Counted from the first letter of the whole stretch, positions 13,273 through 27,189 are shown. The stretch is DNA of 60,143 bases, filler included, from Platydemus manokwari (GCA_037951405.1; 5 parts of 5 records of this genome joined end to end with filler, not necessarily neighbours in it); one strand, 5' to 3'. The notes: a model not told the origin generated them from the sequence alone. Translations and numbers: made by a program.

Positions 13273-16200
13273 TTACCTTTTTGGAATATCTTGGTTGCTA
13301 AAACAGTTTGAAAACATTGTTTTAAAAATAATTATAATTTCAGCTGAAACCAAAGTACAAATTCCAGTCCACAGACCTAAAACCCCTCCAATGTTACAAC
13401 ACAGATTAATTAATGGATATGTCATAAATTCGGAAATTTTCGTTTTCTTTGATAAATCATAGCTGATATGAATGTAAGACATTTCGGTAATATCACAATA
13501 AGTAAACAGACGCTCGACTCTAAAGAAATATTTCGCCCAATTTTTTTTAATAGCTTTCCAATTGAAAATGTTGGATTGCACTTGAAAATCCTCACGAAAA
13601 CAAAAGTCAGGGCAAATTTTATTGACTATTTCAATATGATCTTTACGATTAATATTGTTCAGAAGACATTGACTCATTTTCAATGATATTGTCCTATTCA
13701 TTTCTTCTAGCATATTAATCATTTGACCGAATCTATTTTCATACATGATTTTTTCTCCTGCTCTGTTATATTGCATTCTCTTCAAGTATTTGATATCCTT
13801 TATCTTTGCATATTCGGTGAGTAAGTCGGAATCTGTACACCAAATCATCACCGATTTGTTATGCATTGTGAAGTTGACTACATTTCGTGATAAAGGAAGC
13901 AAAGGGCTGAAACATCCACAGATTTTGGAAAACAATTTTTGCCATTCATCAACGAAACAATCTTCTCTGGTAAATTTTGAGAATTTTTCTTTGAAAGAAT
14001 ATGTGTAGTAATCGGGATCTGAGAAATTGGTAAAAGGCTCAATAATTTCATATCCATTTCTTGGAAGTACCTCATTCTAAATTTATTTTAGAAATCACAA
14101 TTGAATAAAATGGTTTAAGTAAAAATATCGATTAATATTAAATCCTTCAATTAAATACTTGATGTCATATTGAATGAAAATCTCCTTTTCTTAAGTAAAA
14201 CCAATTATATACACAATAAATAAATCACGAATTTAAATTAAGAAAAGTGGTCATTTGATCCAATTTCATTATTGTGAATTTTCGCTTGTGATTTGATTTT
14301 TAATTTAATTTTAATTATATTTTTCTAAAATTTAACTATAAAATTTAATTTTTTTAAACATTTTAATTTTAAACTAAAATAATAAAAAACTACAATGAAA
14401 TTGTATGTCCTTTGCAATTCATTTTTCTTGATATAAATATCACGATTTTCTTAATTGACTAAGTACTTCGGATGGTCAATAGTGCTTCATAGACTTTATT
14501 TTGTAATTATAGCTTCTAGAGTAATCAGAATTCGGTCTTTGGTGGGAAATAAGAAGCAATTGTCAAATCGACAAATTTTTTATCTTAATAAATAATTTAA
14601 AAATATTTAGCTCCATTGTTAGAAACATTTGAAACTGTTTGTGACTGTTGATTTACTCATAGAGTTTCTTTGATGGTATGTTTTGTGTGAAAATGTTTAA
14701 CATGTTGTATCGAGATAAAATAGAATTATTAAACCTAGTTTTTATTCTATTGATAACGCTTCTCTGTGGCATCACCATATATACAATTCCTTCCATTTGG
14801 AATAAATCTTTATAGAATTTCAATAACTACATGTTTTTAAGCCTTGTATATATTTTTTAACTTGTAACTAAACTTAACAAACTCGTGGTATGTTTTATGT
14901 AATATAACTTTTTATAATAAAATGATTTCAAAAATTGATAGTATCTTCCAACTTTGCTCTAATTTTAAAAGAATAGGTCCTGATTAATTTTCAATAAATT
15001 TTAAAATATTGGAGATGGGTGACTTGAAATAATATGCCAACGGCTCAAACTCTATATACACATTGATTTAACTGTTGAATGGATTATAAAATAAATATTT
15101 TGATATAATGGAAAATATAAAAATATGGTACTTTGGTCCAGTACTTCTCCACTAATTACTGTGTATGATCTGATAATGTGGAACCACAGAGGTGTGTGCA
15201 AAAGTGCTTTATGTTAATGAAGTTGAGTGAAGTGATCGTGGGTCCAAATCAATAGTGAGTGATTGTTGAGTGATGAAATTGTGAATACAAAATCTTTTTC
15301 GATACTGATTATCAGAAAATATTAAAATTAGATCGATCGATGACCACCTCTTGGAATTATCAAAAGCTCAATCATCAAACTCCCTTAACCCTTGTCATTG
15401 TAATTTAATATATTTTCATTGTTATTATTAATTCTTCGATGGCATTTTAGTTCCACGAAAGAAAAATTTCATAAAGCATAAAATGAAAAAATTATACATT
15501 CAAAGTTATACATGTCATGTTATGAATTAAAACAAATATAATCTATAAAAAATACCTGCACACATTGATCATGTTTAGAATGCATTTGATGATGTTCCGT
15601 TTTTTGGACATCAACTTTTATTAACCTACCATTAGTTTCAGTGATAACGTTGTTGGTAAACGTAGGTCTGGTTCCAGGTAAGTGCATTTCTAGGATGAAT
15701 GAAGAGTCTCTAACCAATGACATTGTATTATGGTCACCTTGCCTATTCACAGGATAAGTATTAATGAACATTATAAAATCTATTTTGTCCGAGCTTAATG
15801 TCAAAGAATGACTTTTTATAAAGTTCTGTGAGTCGAAAATGTAGCAATGATAATAAACTGGATGCCAATGTCTGCGAAAATGAGTATGTCTACATCTTAT
15901 TCCGCTGAATTGACAATAAAGAAGAAATTCGGGTAATTTAATAGTGGAGTTGCTTATAGCAGCTAAAAATACTCGATAATATTCATTACGTTTTAACGTC
16001 TCATAATATTCCATCGATTTCCTTTGCTGGAATTCATAAAATAATAAATTTATGCGCATTTCAACTGAGTGCAATAAATTATCAGGGATTTGCCCGTCGA
16101 ACTTATCGATTTTGGAAAACATAGCTCCATCACGAGCATTTTGAAAATAATCACTTGTTGTGAGACAAAAGGTGATTGATGGAAAATCGGAAATATTTGA

Positions 16201-16813
16201 TGAAATATCAGTAACTTCTGTATCAATTGACATTTCTTGGTAGTTGGAGATTTCGTACGTAAGATGCATGGATACACCAATAATGGTACCTAAAAGTTAT
16301 TTGTGGTTTATTAAGTATTTTTATTTTCATAATAGGTTGATTACAATTTAGAAATGACTTCATTATGAATAATTATAAAATTTTGTACTTTTTATACTTA
16401 TCGTTTATAGATCCTGAATTTGCTAATTTTAAAGTTAGTTTTTGAAAATCTCTAATAAATTTAAGTACCAAAATTCTAGTTTTACATACACTGTAACTCA
16501 GTCAATATCAACTCGTAGGTTCGAAGGAAAACTAGTGTCATTAGCTAGCTTTACCAAAGCAAATAACAGAGCTTGTCTCAATTTATTTACTTGAAAAAAC
16601 CGGTATCATTTAAGAATATTTTGATTATATTATAAAATTTTCATTTCTAAAATTGAAAAATAGATAAACGAAAATTTTCAAACCTATCCAGATGCACAAC
16701 CAAAATGTGAGAGAAAAGTAATTTTTTGATTCCATTATTTTTCTAATTGCTGGAGATGATGTTGTGGTCATTATAATATTTTTTAATGATATTATCCATG
16801 TTCTAAAAGTCAT
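13273..16813 (-). CDS. second DEG/ENaC family subunit, 3 exons (16813-16684, 16289-15556, 14076-13273)
   Basis: Phase-consistent GT-AG splicing: ...FWLCIWIG|TIIGVSMHL...FPSITFC...CQFSGIRC...HPVYYHCYIF...CVQ|NEVLP...EDCFVDEWQKLFSKICGC...CPDFC...NIGGVLGLWTGICTLVSAEII. Confidence 0.9.
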
Positions 16814-17599
16814 TGCAAATGACTAAAAATGTAGCAAAAAACCGTAATCAAAAGTAGTTTAAATAGTTTGGTAGTCATTGATTGAACTTGATGTCGGAAT
16901 TATTTGTCACGTCAGGGTGTTATAATTTCCGTAGTTCATTGCAATGAATTGGGGCGTACGATGTAGATAGCTTTTCGTTATTAGTAAACGATTATTGTCA
17001 ATTTGTTATTTTTAAGGTTTTCTTTTTTTACCATTAGTCTTATTAATTACTGGTTTCGAAAACATGAAAACAACGCAAATGATTTGTTGGATTAATGCCA
17101 AAACCGACCAAAACGCTTGAAATTCAGAATTTATATACGCCCTTCAATCAGAATAGCAACAAACAAATTTAAAATATTTGATTGGAAATTTTGGTATTTC
17201 GTTCAATTAAAGAACTCAATGAGAAAGTTAAATTAGCCACCAAATTCCACCTTGTTATTCGACCTAAGCCGGGATGAACCGGAATATATATATAAACAAT
17301 ATCTTCATACTATATTATCCAATCTAAGTTTCCATTCAAATAAAATATAAAATAATCTTAAAAACTGTCAATCTAAGTCAACAACTACTAGTGAGTCGAT
17401 CACTATGTTTGCGGCAGCCTTTGGTCGTGCAAGTATCCTTTGTTTATAAAGTCGATTTATATTTTGTTTATTATTTATTTATAACGTCGATATAATACAT
17501 TTATGATAATATTAATGCTAATATAGTTGTATTCAAGTACAACTTCAAAGAACCATTATTAGTTAGTTAAATTGTAATCTTCGTAAATTTTTGATGTAT

Positions 17600-18090
17600 T
17601 TTATAACAATTTTTCACATTGCGTATACCGAGATATAATTTTAAATTCAAATTCAAATTTCCTTATAATTCTGTTAAGAGTACCTCGGTAAAGTCTATCA
17701 AATAAAAGTACACAAAAGACACGATCATTCGAGATATATGTCCAGTATATGATGATGAGTATGTATGTAAGTTCATAAATATAATAAACTCGTTAACATG
17801 TTTTTGATTGGTGGGTTAAATATTTGTGTAAGTCTGCTGGAGTGCCTGCGTGTCGTGATTAGTCAAAAGGTTTTCTGAGAATTATTTGAAGTTAATTTTC
17901 GGCGATAAACTTCTTCTAATATTAACAATAAAATATCAAAAACAAACATCAATAACATAAACAATGAAATAAAAACGTTAAATTGATAATGTCATTTCTG
18001 ATCAATTTTTTGAATCATGTAAATCATGAAACATTATAGAAAGTACTGATGAGACTTAGGAGATCCGAAACTAACTGAATTGAACTTTTA
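17600..18090 (+). mobile_element. degenerate Penelope-like 3' fragment ending in a hammerhead-like motif
   Basis: ICPVYDDEYV (~17735-17765) resembles the GIY-YIG 'I.C..C...YIG'. CTGATGAG-N12-CGAAAC lies at 18046-18071. Confidence 0.4.
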
Positions 18091-19780
18091 CAACTGATTG
18101 ATATGTCATTACCAAGAAAATATCTACATGTCACCAATCAATCAAATCATGGTAATGAATAATTAATAAAAATAACATTTTGAAATAGTTGGCCATCTCA
18201 GTGTTGTATAAAATTTTCTAAAACGTTGAGTTTTACATCTTTTCTTTCAAGACGAAATCTTTATTGTTGAAATGTTAAATTTAATACAGATAATGAAAGC
18301 TCAAACAATCCAATTTAATTACGAAGGTGGACTTACAAATGTATTAATTCTTTCTTTTATAAAGGCTGTACCAAAAAGAATGAAACTGTAAATAGTGAAT
18401 TTAACAAATCTAAATATTCACATGAATGTGCTGAACTCTGCTTCTTTTTGTTTCTGCTGCTTCACAAGCTTTGCTTTGCTTTTCTCCTTGATTTGATATT
18501 GGTATTATTATCAGTATAAACAAATACATTGGGACATTTGAAATACACTTCATATTGCATTAACTAAGTTCCTATTAAGATCCAAATTAAAAAAATATTG
18601 TAGAAAAAAAGTATATTTGTTTCAAATAGTACAAAACAAAATTTTATTTACAATTACAATAAATTATAACCAATTATAATCAACCACTTTGGTTCTCATA
18701 ATATTATAAAATCATAACTTTGGTTATAATATATAATTTTTTGTTAATATTTTTGTTTCTCAAGTATTAACCGGTGTACGTACATTTATATGTAATTAAT
18801 ATATTAATTATTATTAATCATATGATCATTATTATTAATTTGAATTATTATTTTAAATGAAAGATGTTACCTCACTGTGTAATGATTATCTATCAAAATC
18901 GTAGCTCAGTTTCCAATTCATAAAAAATTATTTTACTAGAAGCTCAATTTATATCTTGAAATCTATATGAACAACAATATTGCTTTAAAAATTATTAATT
19001 GTCAAGATTTTTAGATATTTTCTATGCTCGTTTTTAATTTCAATAATATAATATACCAGGATTTTATATTATTTGAAATGTCATTTGCTAATTTGTTTTC
19101 AGTAACTTTATAAAATGATAATTTTGCTCCAATATCTCTTCAGTATGTGTCATTTAGATAAAACAATGACAAGAAGTAGGATTGTACATAATAGCTCCAA
19201 AAATTGACAATGCGATTTCATGCTATTTTAGTATATTTTGAACAAACTCATGGAACTAATGAGCCCTCAGACATTGATTACAAGAATATTTAATAATTAA
19301 TTTAATAATGGAGAACCTGATAATCCATCAATAGAAACTCTCTGTGAGAATTTAAAAACGAATATACTGTTTTCCTTACTCAACACAGTTGAAATCGTGC
19401 ATGAAAATTTGACGAAATTAAAGCTTATACACTAATGAGTTATGTAAAATTTAGTACTAACAAAACTTTCTTTGGATTTAAATTAATTAATTATAATTAA
19501 ATTTATTTCTTTTTAATAAAATTCCAATAAAAATAACAATTAATTATAAAATTTATTACCAATGTTATTTTGAAAATACGATATTGGTTACCACGAGTTG
19601 CATACTTGAACAATGAAATGGAGAAATAAATGTATGATTTCTACTCCGCGAAAACATTGTTTTGTAAAACACTATTTTGTTTAAATATTACTTAATTTTT
19701 TATTAAAATTTCAACTTTGCCTAAGTAATACGTCGTAAGGTTAATTAAATTTTCTAGATCAAATTTAAGATTAAGTTAAG

Positions 19781-20777
19781 ATGTCTGAATCAGGAGATAT
19801 TAAGAAATTAACTCGTCGTGAAAAGAAGAAACAAAAATTTTTAGAAGAAACAAATGAAGATAATACAACAGTTGAAACAGATGATTTAAATCAGTTTGCA
19901 TTGTCACAGGTAAAATACATCATATTTAAAAATTCTTATGATTTCAACAGGCCACCACAAATACTAATGTGCAACAAGATAATGCTATAGACATAAAAAT
20001 TGAAAGGTTTGATTTAAGCGCTTCTGGAAAAGAATTGTTCCGAAATGCTTCATTGCAAATAACACGTGGTCGCAAATATGGTTTAGTTGGACCGAATGGG
20101 TAAATTTGAAGTCGTGCATTTTAATTAATTAATATTTTATAGTCACGGCAAAACTACATTACTACGACACATTGTAACCCGCAAACTGCAAATTCCTTCA
20201 AACATCGATGTATTACTTTGTGAGCAAGATGTTGTTGCAGACGAAACAACTGCTCTTGATGTCGTTCTGAAATCCGACGTTAAAATGATGGAAGTTCTAT
20301 CGAGAGTAGAGAAATTGAAACTGGAAATCGAAGAAAACAGTGATGCTACCGATGCCATTGATAAACTCAATGAAGGCTATGAAGAATTGAATGCAATGGG
20401 CTCTAATGCATCGGAAAGTAAAGCCCGTAGAATATTATCCGGATTGGGATTCACGGAAAAAATGATGTTGAAAGCCACGAAAGATTTTTCCGGTGGTTGG
20501 AGAATGCGAGTGAGTTTGGCGAGAGCCCTTTTCATTGAGCCGACACTATTGCTTCTCGACGAACCGACAAATCATCTCGATTTGAATGCTGTTATTTGGC
20601 TGGATAAGTATTATAGTATGATGGTTTGGATAATCTTTTGACAGATTTCTAGTTATTTACAACGTTGGAAGAAGACTATTCTCATCGTTTCTCACGACCA
20701 ATCTTTCCTGGATAACGTTTGTACCGATATTATCCACCTCAATAACAAGAAACTCGATTATTATAAAGGGAATTACT
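19781..20777 (+). CDS. ABCF1: ABC-F family ATPase (ABCF1/ABC50-like), 5' exons only; truncated by contig end
   Basis: [17 protein letters not shown]...KYGLVGPNG|HGKTTLL (Walker A), [67 protein letters not shown]...YYKGNY. Confidence 0.93.
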
Positions 20778-20931
20778 GTGAGAATATTTTTTATTTATTA
20801 ACAATTTTTACCTTAATTTTTTAATGGGAAGATTTTTTTATTGATTATTTAACACTCAAAAACCGTTTCAGTAAAGGTTCAATTTAATATTCATTTTCTC
20901 AATAATTATATTAATATTATTTATTTATTCA

Positions 20932-21031
20932 NNNNNNNNNNNNNNNNNNNNNNNNNNNNNNNNNNNNNNNNNNNNTTAATTAATTAANNNNNNNNNNNNN
21001 NNNNNNNNNNNNNNNNNNNNNNNNNNNNNNN
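20932..21031. other. artificial contig-joining linker
   Basis: N-TTAATTAATTAA-N spacer. Confidence 0.95.
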
Positions 21032-24000
21032 TGTCAATTAAAATTGTTTAATTACTACTTTTATCAATATTAAAGATTACACTATACATTCATAAACATT
21101 AAAGACTACATTATACATTAAAAAAAAATATTTGTTATTGATTACTACTTCTATACATTTATAAAAATTGTTTACTACAGATAAAACGATATTATTCACA
21201 AAAAACAATAATATAATTTATTTTACTTCATCACAAGCTACAAAATGAATGATTCAAATACCTTTTTACAACAAAAATATTTCAAATCCCTGTTATTCAA
21301 TAATTGATTATACTTATTCCCCAATTACACTTAATTTCACAATTATTTAAAATTACAAATTTACCCAATCACACTGTTTAAAAAACAGAGTCAACTGGGG
21401 GAGACCTTATTACTTCCTTCGTGTTTGAAGATATATGATTTTAAATATAGACATTAGAATATGGATGAACCCCTAGAGTTGTTATATTTATTCAAATTCG
21501 TACTTATTATTTATTTAAGCAATAATTTTTTTATCTTTCTAAATTGTTCCAAAGTTGCAATTGTTATAGAATTTTGTTATCTGTTCCAAAGTTTCCCTTT
21601 CAGTCAAAAATATTTTTTGTGTATATTTTTTTGCATATTTTGCATATTTTGTATATATTTTCTATTCCTTATTTAATGTTTTCTATGACGGACTATGAAT
21701 AATTATTTTAGTTTATTATTTTCTTTTCTCCGATTGGATTTCAAAATTATTTTACAAATCCGTCTACATTAATAATTTGAATTTCTTTTTCGTCCGCATT
21801 TTAAAATTCCGATTTCACCCAAAAATACGCCCACATTTTAAATAAATAATTTTAGCCCACATTTATAATTTTGCTTATAAATTTAATTATTATTTATGAA
21901 TATTATTATAATTTCGTCTTGAAATAAATTATTTTTTATTTTTTTGGTTCATTTTTATAATTTTTTGTTATTGTTTCATTCATTATTTTCAATAATACTG
22001 TATTTTTATACATCATTGTAAAAAATATAATTTTTGCCCATTAATAAATTTTTACATGATTTATTTACATTTTCATAAATAACATTATCAAAAATATTCA
22101 CAAATAAATCTTATCCATTTCATGCAACGAGTTTAATTATACAAAAAGTTAAAATAGAATCACTAAAGAGTTAAATAAGAGTCAAAATATGATCACAAAT
22201 TGTCACCATCGATATCCACCATCCACTTTGATCTTTGCAGGCCTTGGTAAGAAGATTGAGACTGAAATTGGTGGGATTTGCACGACAGTTAGAGGAGAAT
22301 GTACTAACAAGCGGTATGTAGACTGCTTTATCGACTAGAATACTTTGAGCCAACAGGTAAGCAGACATACCATGTCTATAAAATGAGTAAGATCTGAGAA
22401 GTAACTGCCAGTCTTTCTTGTTCGATAATTTTTGTCCGTCTAACTCTTTCACTTGATTTTCAAATGGCAATTCTTTTAAGGTCATTGTTACTATTTCTGC
22501 TTTATCTTTTGGATGCTGGTCCAGTTGTAAATCGATTATTGTCTTAAGTTGAGATAATGGCTCTTGATTATTCGATTTAAAGTGTAATATTGTGATTGTA
22601 AAATTGTAAGTTTCGATATTCAGCATTAGTAAACATACGTAACGATTATATAATTGTTATATAAGCTGTTTATAACTAAAATGATATAGAGTTAAAACAA
22701 AATGAAACAATATAATTTAAAGAACAGAGTCTATTTAAAAGGGGTAGCCTACTGAGTACGCACTTTAGCAACCTAAAGATGAGAACATAAAGTAAAATAA
22801 AACATTACCAACATACTTACTATGCAGTGAATTTAGACGAGATTTTTGTGTGATTTTATATAATATTTTTCAACTATTTAAACTAGTTGATAATAAGTAT
22901 CTTATATAATAATTATAATTAATAATAATTTAATTATTATTTTAAATTTATTATCAAATAGAGCAACGATCACCCATAATACTTGCAGCTCAAACTGAAA
23001 ATTTTCAGATTCAGAGATTAATGTCTGACGATTGATAAAAAATTTACGAGTGAGCTGAATGCGTGCGCGGACATAGTATTTGCAATATTTTATCCTTAGG
23101 GTAATGAAGCTAAATTGGAGGGATATTATTACTATTCATCATAGTAAACATATTGCTAATGAATATCCAATTAAATAACTGAATAATGTGATCACAATTA
23201 GCCGACCGATGTTGTACTATGTTGAGATCGATAAAATATTAAATTGTTTGGTCTGTTTTATTATCTTTTTACCTGGTTCTAACTTTAGTCTCTCAAGGAG
23301 TTTCGACAATAAGTATGATGATTATACTGTTAATAAACTGCATGTCTAAAGATCTTTTTAATAATAATTTAAATCATAGCACTAGATGTTAACTCTATTA
23401 AATATAACCAAGACGTCGATCTTTTTACTACATAAGATTAATGAGCAATAATAAATGTTATGTTGATAAGGATACAATAAACAATGCGATTGTTAAACGT
23501 AAATTAGAACTGATTATGGTCAACGAATGAGATTATTGCAATGTAATTGAAATTATGTAACAACAAGACTAATTCAAGCGCTCAAAAATCGATCGACGTG
23601 CAATTGATAAATTCACATTCTAGCCGATACAATATTTGTGATGAATTATAATGTATCTCCGCACACCGATTGATCCGAATGAATGTCTATGATTCTTCGC
23701 TTTTAAATATCATTAAATATTTAGCTGTGTGATGTTGTGCGATTTTCGCTGTGGATTTTAGTGAGGTGGTTTTGTGGGTGTTAGTTGACATTTTAACGCA
23801 TACGGTGCGTGGGTGATCGTGTTTATTGATCTCTTAATTATGCAAGTATTTTGCATTTCCACTGTTATATGACTTTATTAATTATCTTTATTAGTAATTT
23901 CTATATTTATTAATTATTTATATACTTTATATTTATTTATATTTATTCGCTTTGCTTTTTACAACCCAAATAAATTCCCTTACTCCTACATAAAAATAAT

Positions 24001-25012
24001 AAAACGCAATCAAAAGTGTTTCTCATAAATACGATTAAAACAAAGACTGTTAAATGGAAATAAAAGACAAAGAACTTTCAACGAAAAGAAAGGAATTAAA
24101 GATAAACAAACCCAAAGTGTCGCTGAAGGATAAAATATCTGAACTTAGTGAATTACTACGCATAATAATGCCAATTCAAGACTTGATATGAAATCATTTA
24201 ATCCAATAGTATCCAAATAAGAGAAATAGTACATAATTATATAATTTTTAAAAATTTTGAAATTTTTTAAAGGATTTTTAAGAATTTTTATTGTTTGAAA
24301 TCAAATATTAAATACACTAGAACTTCGAAATTTCCTAAAATTTGCTTATTTAACATTAGAAGTAAATCGAGAGATGCTCTCAATTTTAAAAATTATTTTA
24401 TAAAAATAAGCAATGGTATTATTAATCATGTCTGTAGATAACTAACTCGATTTATAATTTTAAAAATAATTTAAAAACTCAAGAAATCATATAAAAGTGT
24501 TGTGATCATAATTTGACCTCGTATTTTTCAAAACCTAACTTTGTCCTTGTTAGACATCCTAAAAAGTGAGATATAAGCTGAATTAAACGAATAAATCAAA
24601 CATTGTAATGATATATAATTAATTTATAAAATGATCTCATGCGCAAAAATTCATGTTTACGAAAGTAGGTCAAAGGACCCCTTTTTAACTTAAGCCTTGT
24701 ATTGTTATTTATTTATAAAATTAATAGTTGTTATAAATTTAATTAATTTTTTATTAAAGTGAATATAGACTAATAGTATCTTAATGGTCGTTATTTCTTG
24801 ATTATTATTCTTTTATTTCATATTGTTATTATTTTCGCTCTCCCCACTTAACCCGTACGATAAATAACATAATAAAACCAAAAAATAATATTGCCATCGA
24901 AGACGCAATACCAAAAATGTATAACACAAAAATTCAAGAATTCATAAAAAAAATTGTGCTCAAATAAAATTGGATTTTCGTGAAAATCATGTTAAGATTG
25001 AAGGATACGGAC

Positions 25013-25478
25013 CAGTGATTCCCAGTGTGGTCCATATCGACTCCCAGGGGTCACTTAAGACCTGCAAGGAGTCTACGTGGAGTTAAAAAATTGGGGATCA
25101 ATGGGAAGAATTTTTCAAAAATTCCAAAAAACGGTATAATCGATACAATTTTAATATTAAAAAAAATTATAAACTTTTAACCCTGCATCATTATCAAGTC
25201 GGGATATTCGCTCGTTGTCTTATATATATACAGCTAATCGCACTGATGCTAAGCTTCTTCAACGGCAATAAAACTAACATTACTTATGAGATCATTAGTT
25301 TTAAAAAGAAAAATATTTTATAATCATATAAACTAGTCATTAGGCACATGTATATAATATTAAAATGTTTTATTTTTTTTGCTTTTTCACATTATAGGAA
25401 CTTCATTACTGTTGAAATTTAAATCTTTTATAGTGTATAGCAAGGGGTCTACGAGAGAAAAAAGTTTGAGAACCTCTG
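25013..25478. mobile_element. hAT (Charlie/Buster-type) MITE, old copy
   Basis: Imperfect TIRs CAGTGATTCCCA... / ...TGAGAACCTCTG and internal GGGGTC/GTCTACG subterminal motifs. No clean TSD remains. Confidence 0.6.
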
Positions 25479-25779
25479 AGATATATCATCAGCTTGATAG
25501 TGTAGAACAGAGAAAGGTTCAGAATGATTTTAAAATTCTATGGTAAATTTTCTATAAAATTGAGTCTGATATTGATTAAAGGACAACGGGTGGTGGAGCT
25601 ATGAGGTTTTTAGATTTGGATTAACTTTTTGTTTTGTATGTCGAAATTTATATTGTCATCTTTAATGATTAATCTAATAATGTTACAAATGTTACATTTA
25701 AAATTTTTTAATGGTTTTTGTTTTGTATCTTTAGGACTTATTAATCAGCACAACAGCAATTTTTTGTTTACCTGTAATG

Positions 25780-25971
25780 ACGAAATTACGTAAACAATGA
25801 AATTTAAATTATTTTTCGATAATAAATATAGAAATTATTTCACAATAAAAACTATTCCTAAATTTTATTAATCAGTACATCAATTTTTGTTTATCTATAA
25901 TTCACGAAATTACGTGAACAATGAAATTTAAATATAGAAATTATTTCACAATAAAACTATTCCTAAATTTT
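25780..25971 (+). repeat. local direct duplication (~70-85 bp)
   Basis: ACGAAATTACGT(A/G)AACAATGAAATTTAAAT...ATAGAAATTATTT..CACAATAAAA..CTATTCCTAAATTTT occurs at ~25780 and ~25904. Confidence 0.85.
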
Positions 25972-26472
25972 GAATTTCTACTTATTTCCTTGCCTTCAAT
26001 TTAAGTTACACATAATTTCAAGAAGATAATTTCAGAAAAAAAAATAATAAAACATCCAAAACAATTAATTAATTTAATTTTAGATATAATGAATGGTTGA
26101 CATTATTTTACATTATATAGTTATTTTTTGATAATTTAGTTATAAAATAAAATTAAAATTCGTGCATTGTCATAGTTATAAATACTTGCCTTTGTATCAC
26201 TACTTCAAAATAAGCTCCCAATATCATACGATTGAATTAAAAAAACATTAACTTGTGATTATTGATGAATTTTGGTACTCTTATGTTATATAAAGTCGAC
26301 GTCACTGTAGAAACATGAGTTCATAAAAACGTAAATAAACACTTATACACTTAAAATAATTACATAACATTCATGAAATATTTTTCAATAACTATTTATA
26401 AAACGCTCCTCATAAATAATAAATTTACATTAAATAAAAAATCGGTAAGTAAAATAGAAAATGTATTAAAAA

Positions 26473-27189
26473 TTATCCGATAGCAAGTTTCTTTCTTCTT
26501 CTGGTTCTTACATGTTCTAATTTACGATGAACAATGTTTTTCAGTTCTGGTGTTAAACACTTAAAATATGATGCCAAGATCATGTCTAAAAATGGTTTTC
26601 CCAGATGATGTGTACTTAATAAAGTTGATTCCATAACAAACAGATCAACAGCGAGATCTTCTGGTAATACTTGCTTCAAACCTAGACCAAAGTCTATAAA
26701 AACTAGAGGGATTTCTTCTGGCTTCATCTGAAGCAGTTCATCAAATTTATTATCCTCGTTTAATCTAATTAACATATTTGAAGTGGTTAAATCCCCGTGA
26801 ATCATATTATTGGAGTGCAACATGGATAAATACATTCCTATTTTTGTAGCAAGCATCTTCTTGGGTGTTTCGTGCGTTTCATTATTTGACAATAGTAAAA
26901 AATTAAGATAATCTTTAACAAGTATTGATGGATAAATATATTCCAAACAGATAATTCGACGATCAAAATCCATATGATAAATATTAGGTACATCTAAACC
27001 AAGCTCTGAAGACCACACTAAGCATTTGATTTCATTTCGCATTCTTTGTGATATAATTAATTTATCTAACAAAGGGTGGCGATATGTTTTTGATAAAACT
27101 TCTTTAATAACTGCCGGCTTACCATTCCATGAAATAGTATAAATTTTAGCCTCTGCTCCTTGTTTAATAAGCTTCCAATCACTTTCCAT
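26473..27189 (-). CDS. TP53RK: KEOPS/EKC complex kinase Bud32/TP53RK (PRPK), intronless, 238 aa
   Basis: LIKQGAEAKIY, KTYRHPLLD, IHGDLTTSNMLI, FIDFGLG, EDLAVDLFVME and a basic C-terminus (RTRRRKKLAIG). The first ATG is at 27189. Confidence 0.95.
   Translation of the reverse strand: MESDWKLIKQGAEAKIYTISWNGKPAVIKEVLSKTYRHPLLDKLIISQRMRNEIKCLVWSSELGLDVPNIYHMDFDRRIICLEYIYPSILVKDYLNFLLLSNNETHETPKKMLATKIGMYLSMLHSNNMIHGDLTTSNMLIRLNEDNKFDELLQMKPEEIPLVFIDFGLGLKQVLPEDLAVDLFVMESTLLSTHHLGKPFLDMILASYFKCLTPELKNIVHRKLEHVRTRRRKKLAIG

Noticed and set aside
22813-22860. ATACTTAC resembling the U1 snRNA 5' end
   Set aside because: No U1 stems or conserved downstream sequence; better read as a minus-strand splice donor.
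22957-23850. Short inverted matches (ACGATCACCCA and AATACTTGCA)
   Set aside because: Too short and in inconsistent order to define TIRs.
4568-27189. Apparent cluster of translation genes (RARS2, ABCF1, Bud32)
   Set aside because: Each gene lies on a different linker-separated contig, and all are ordinary housekeeping genes.
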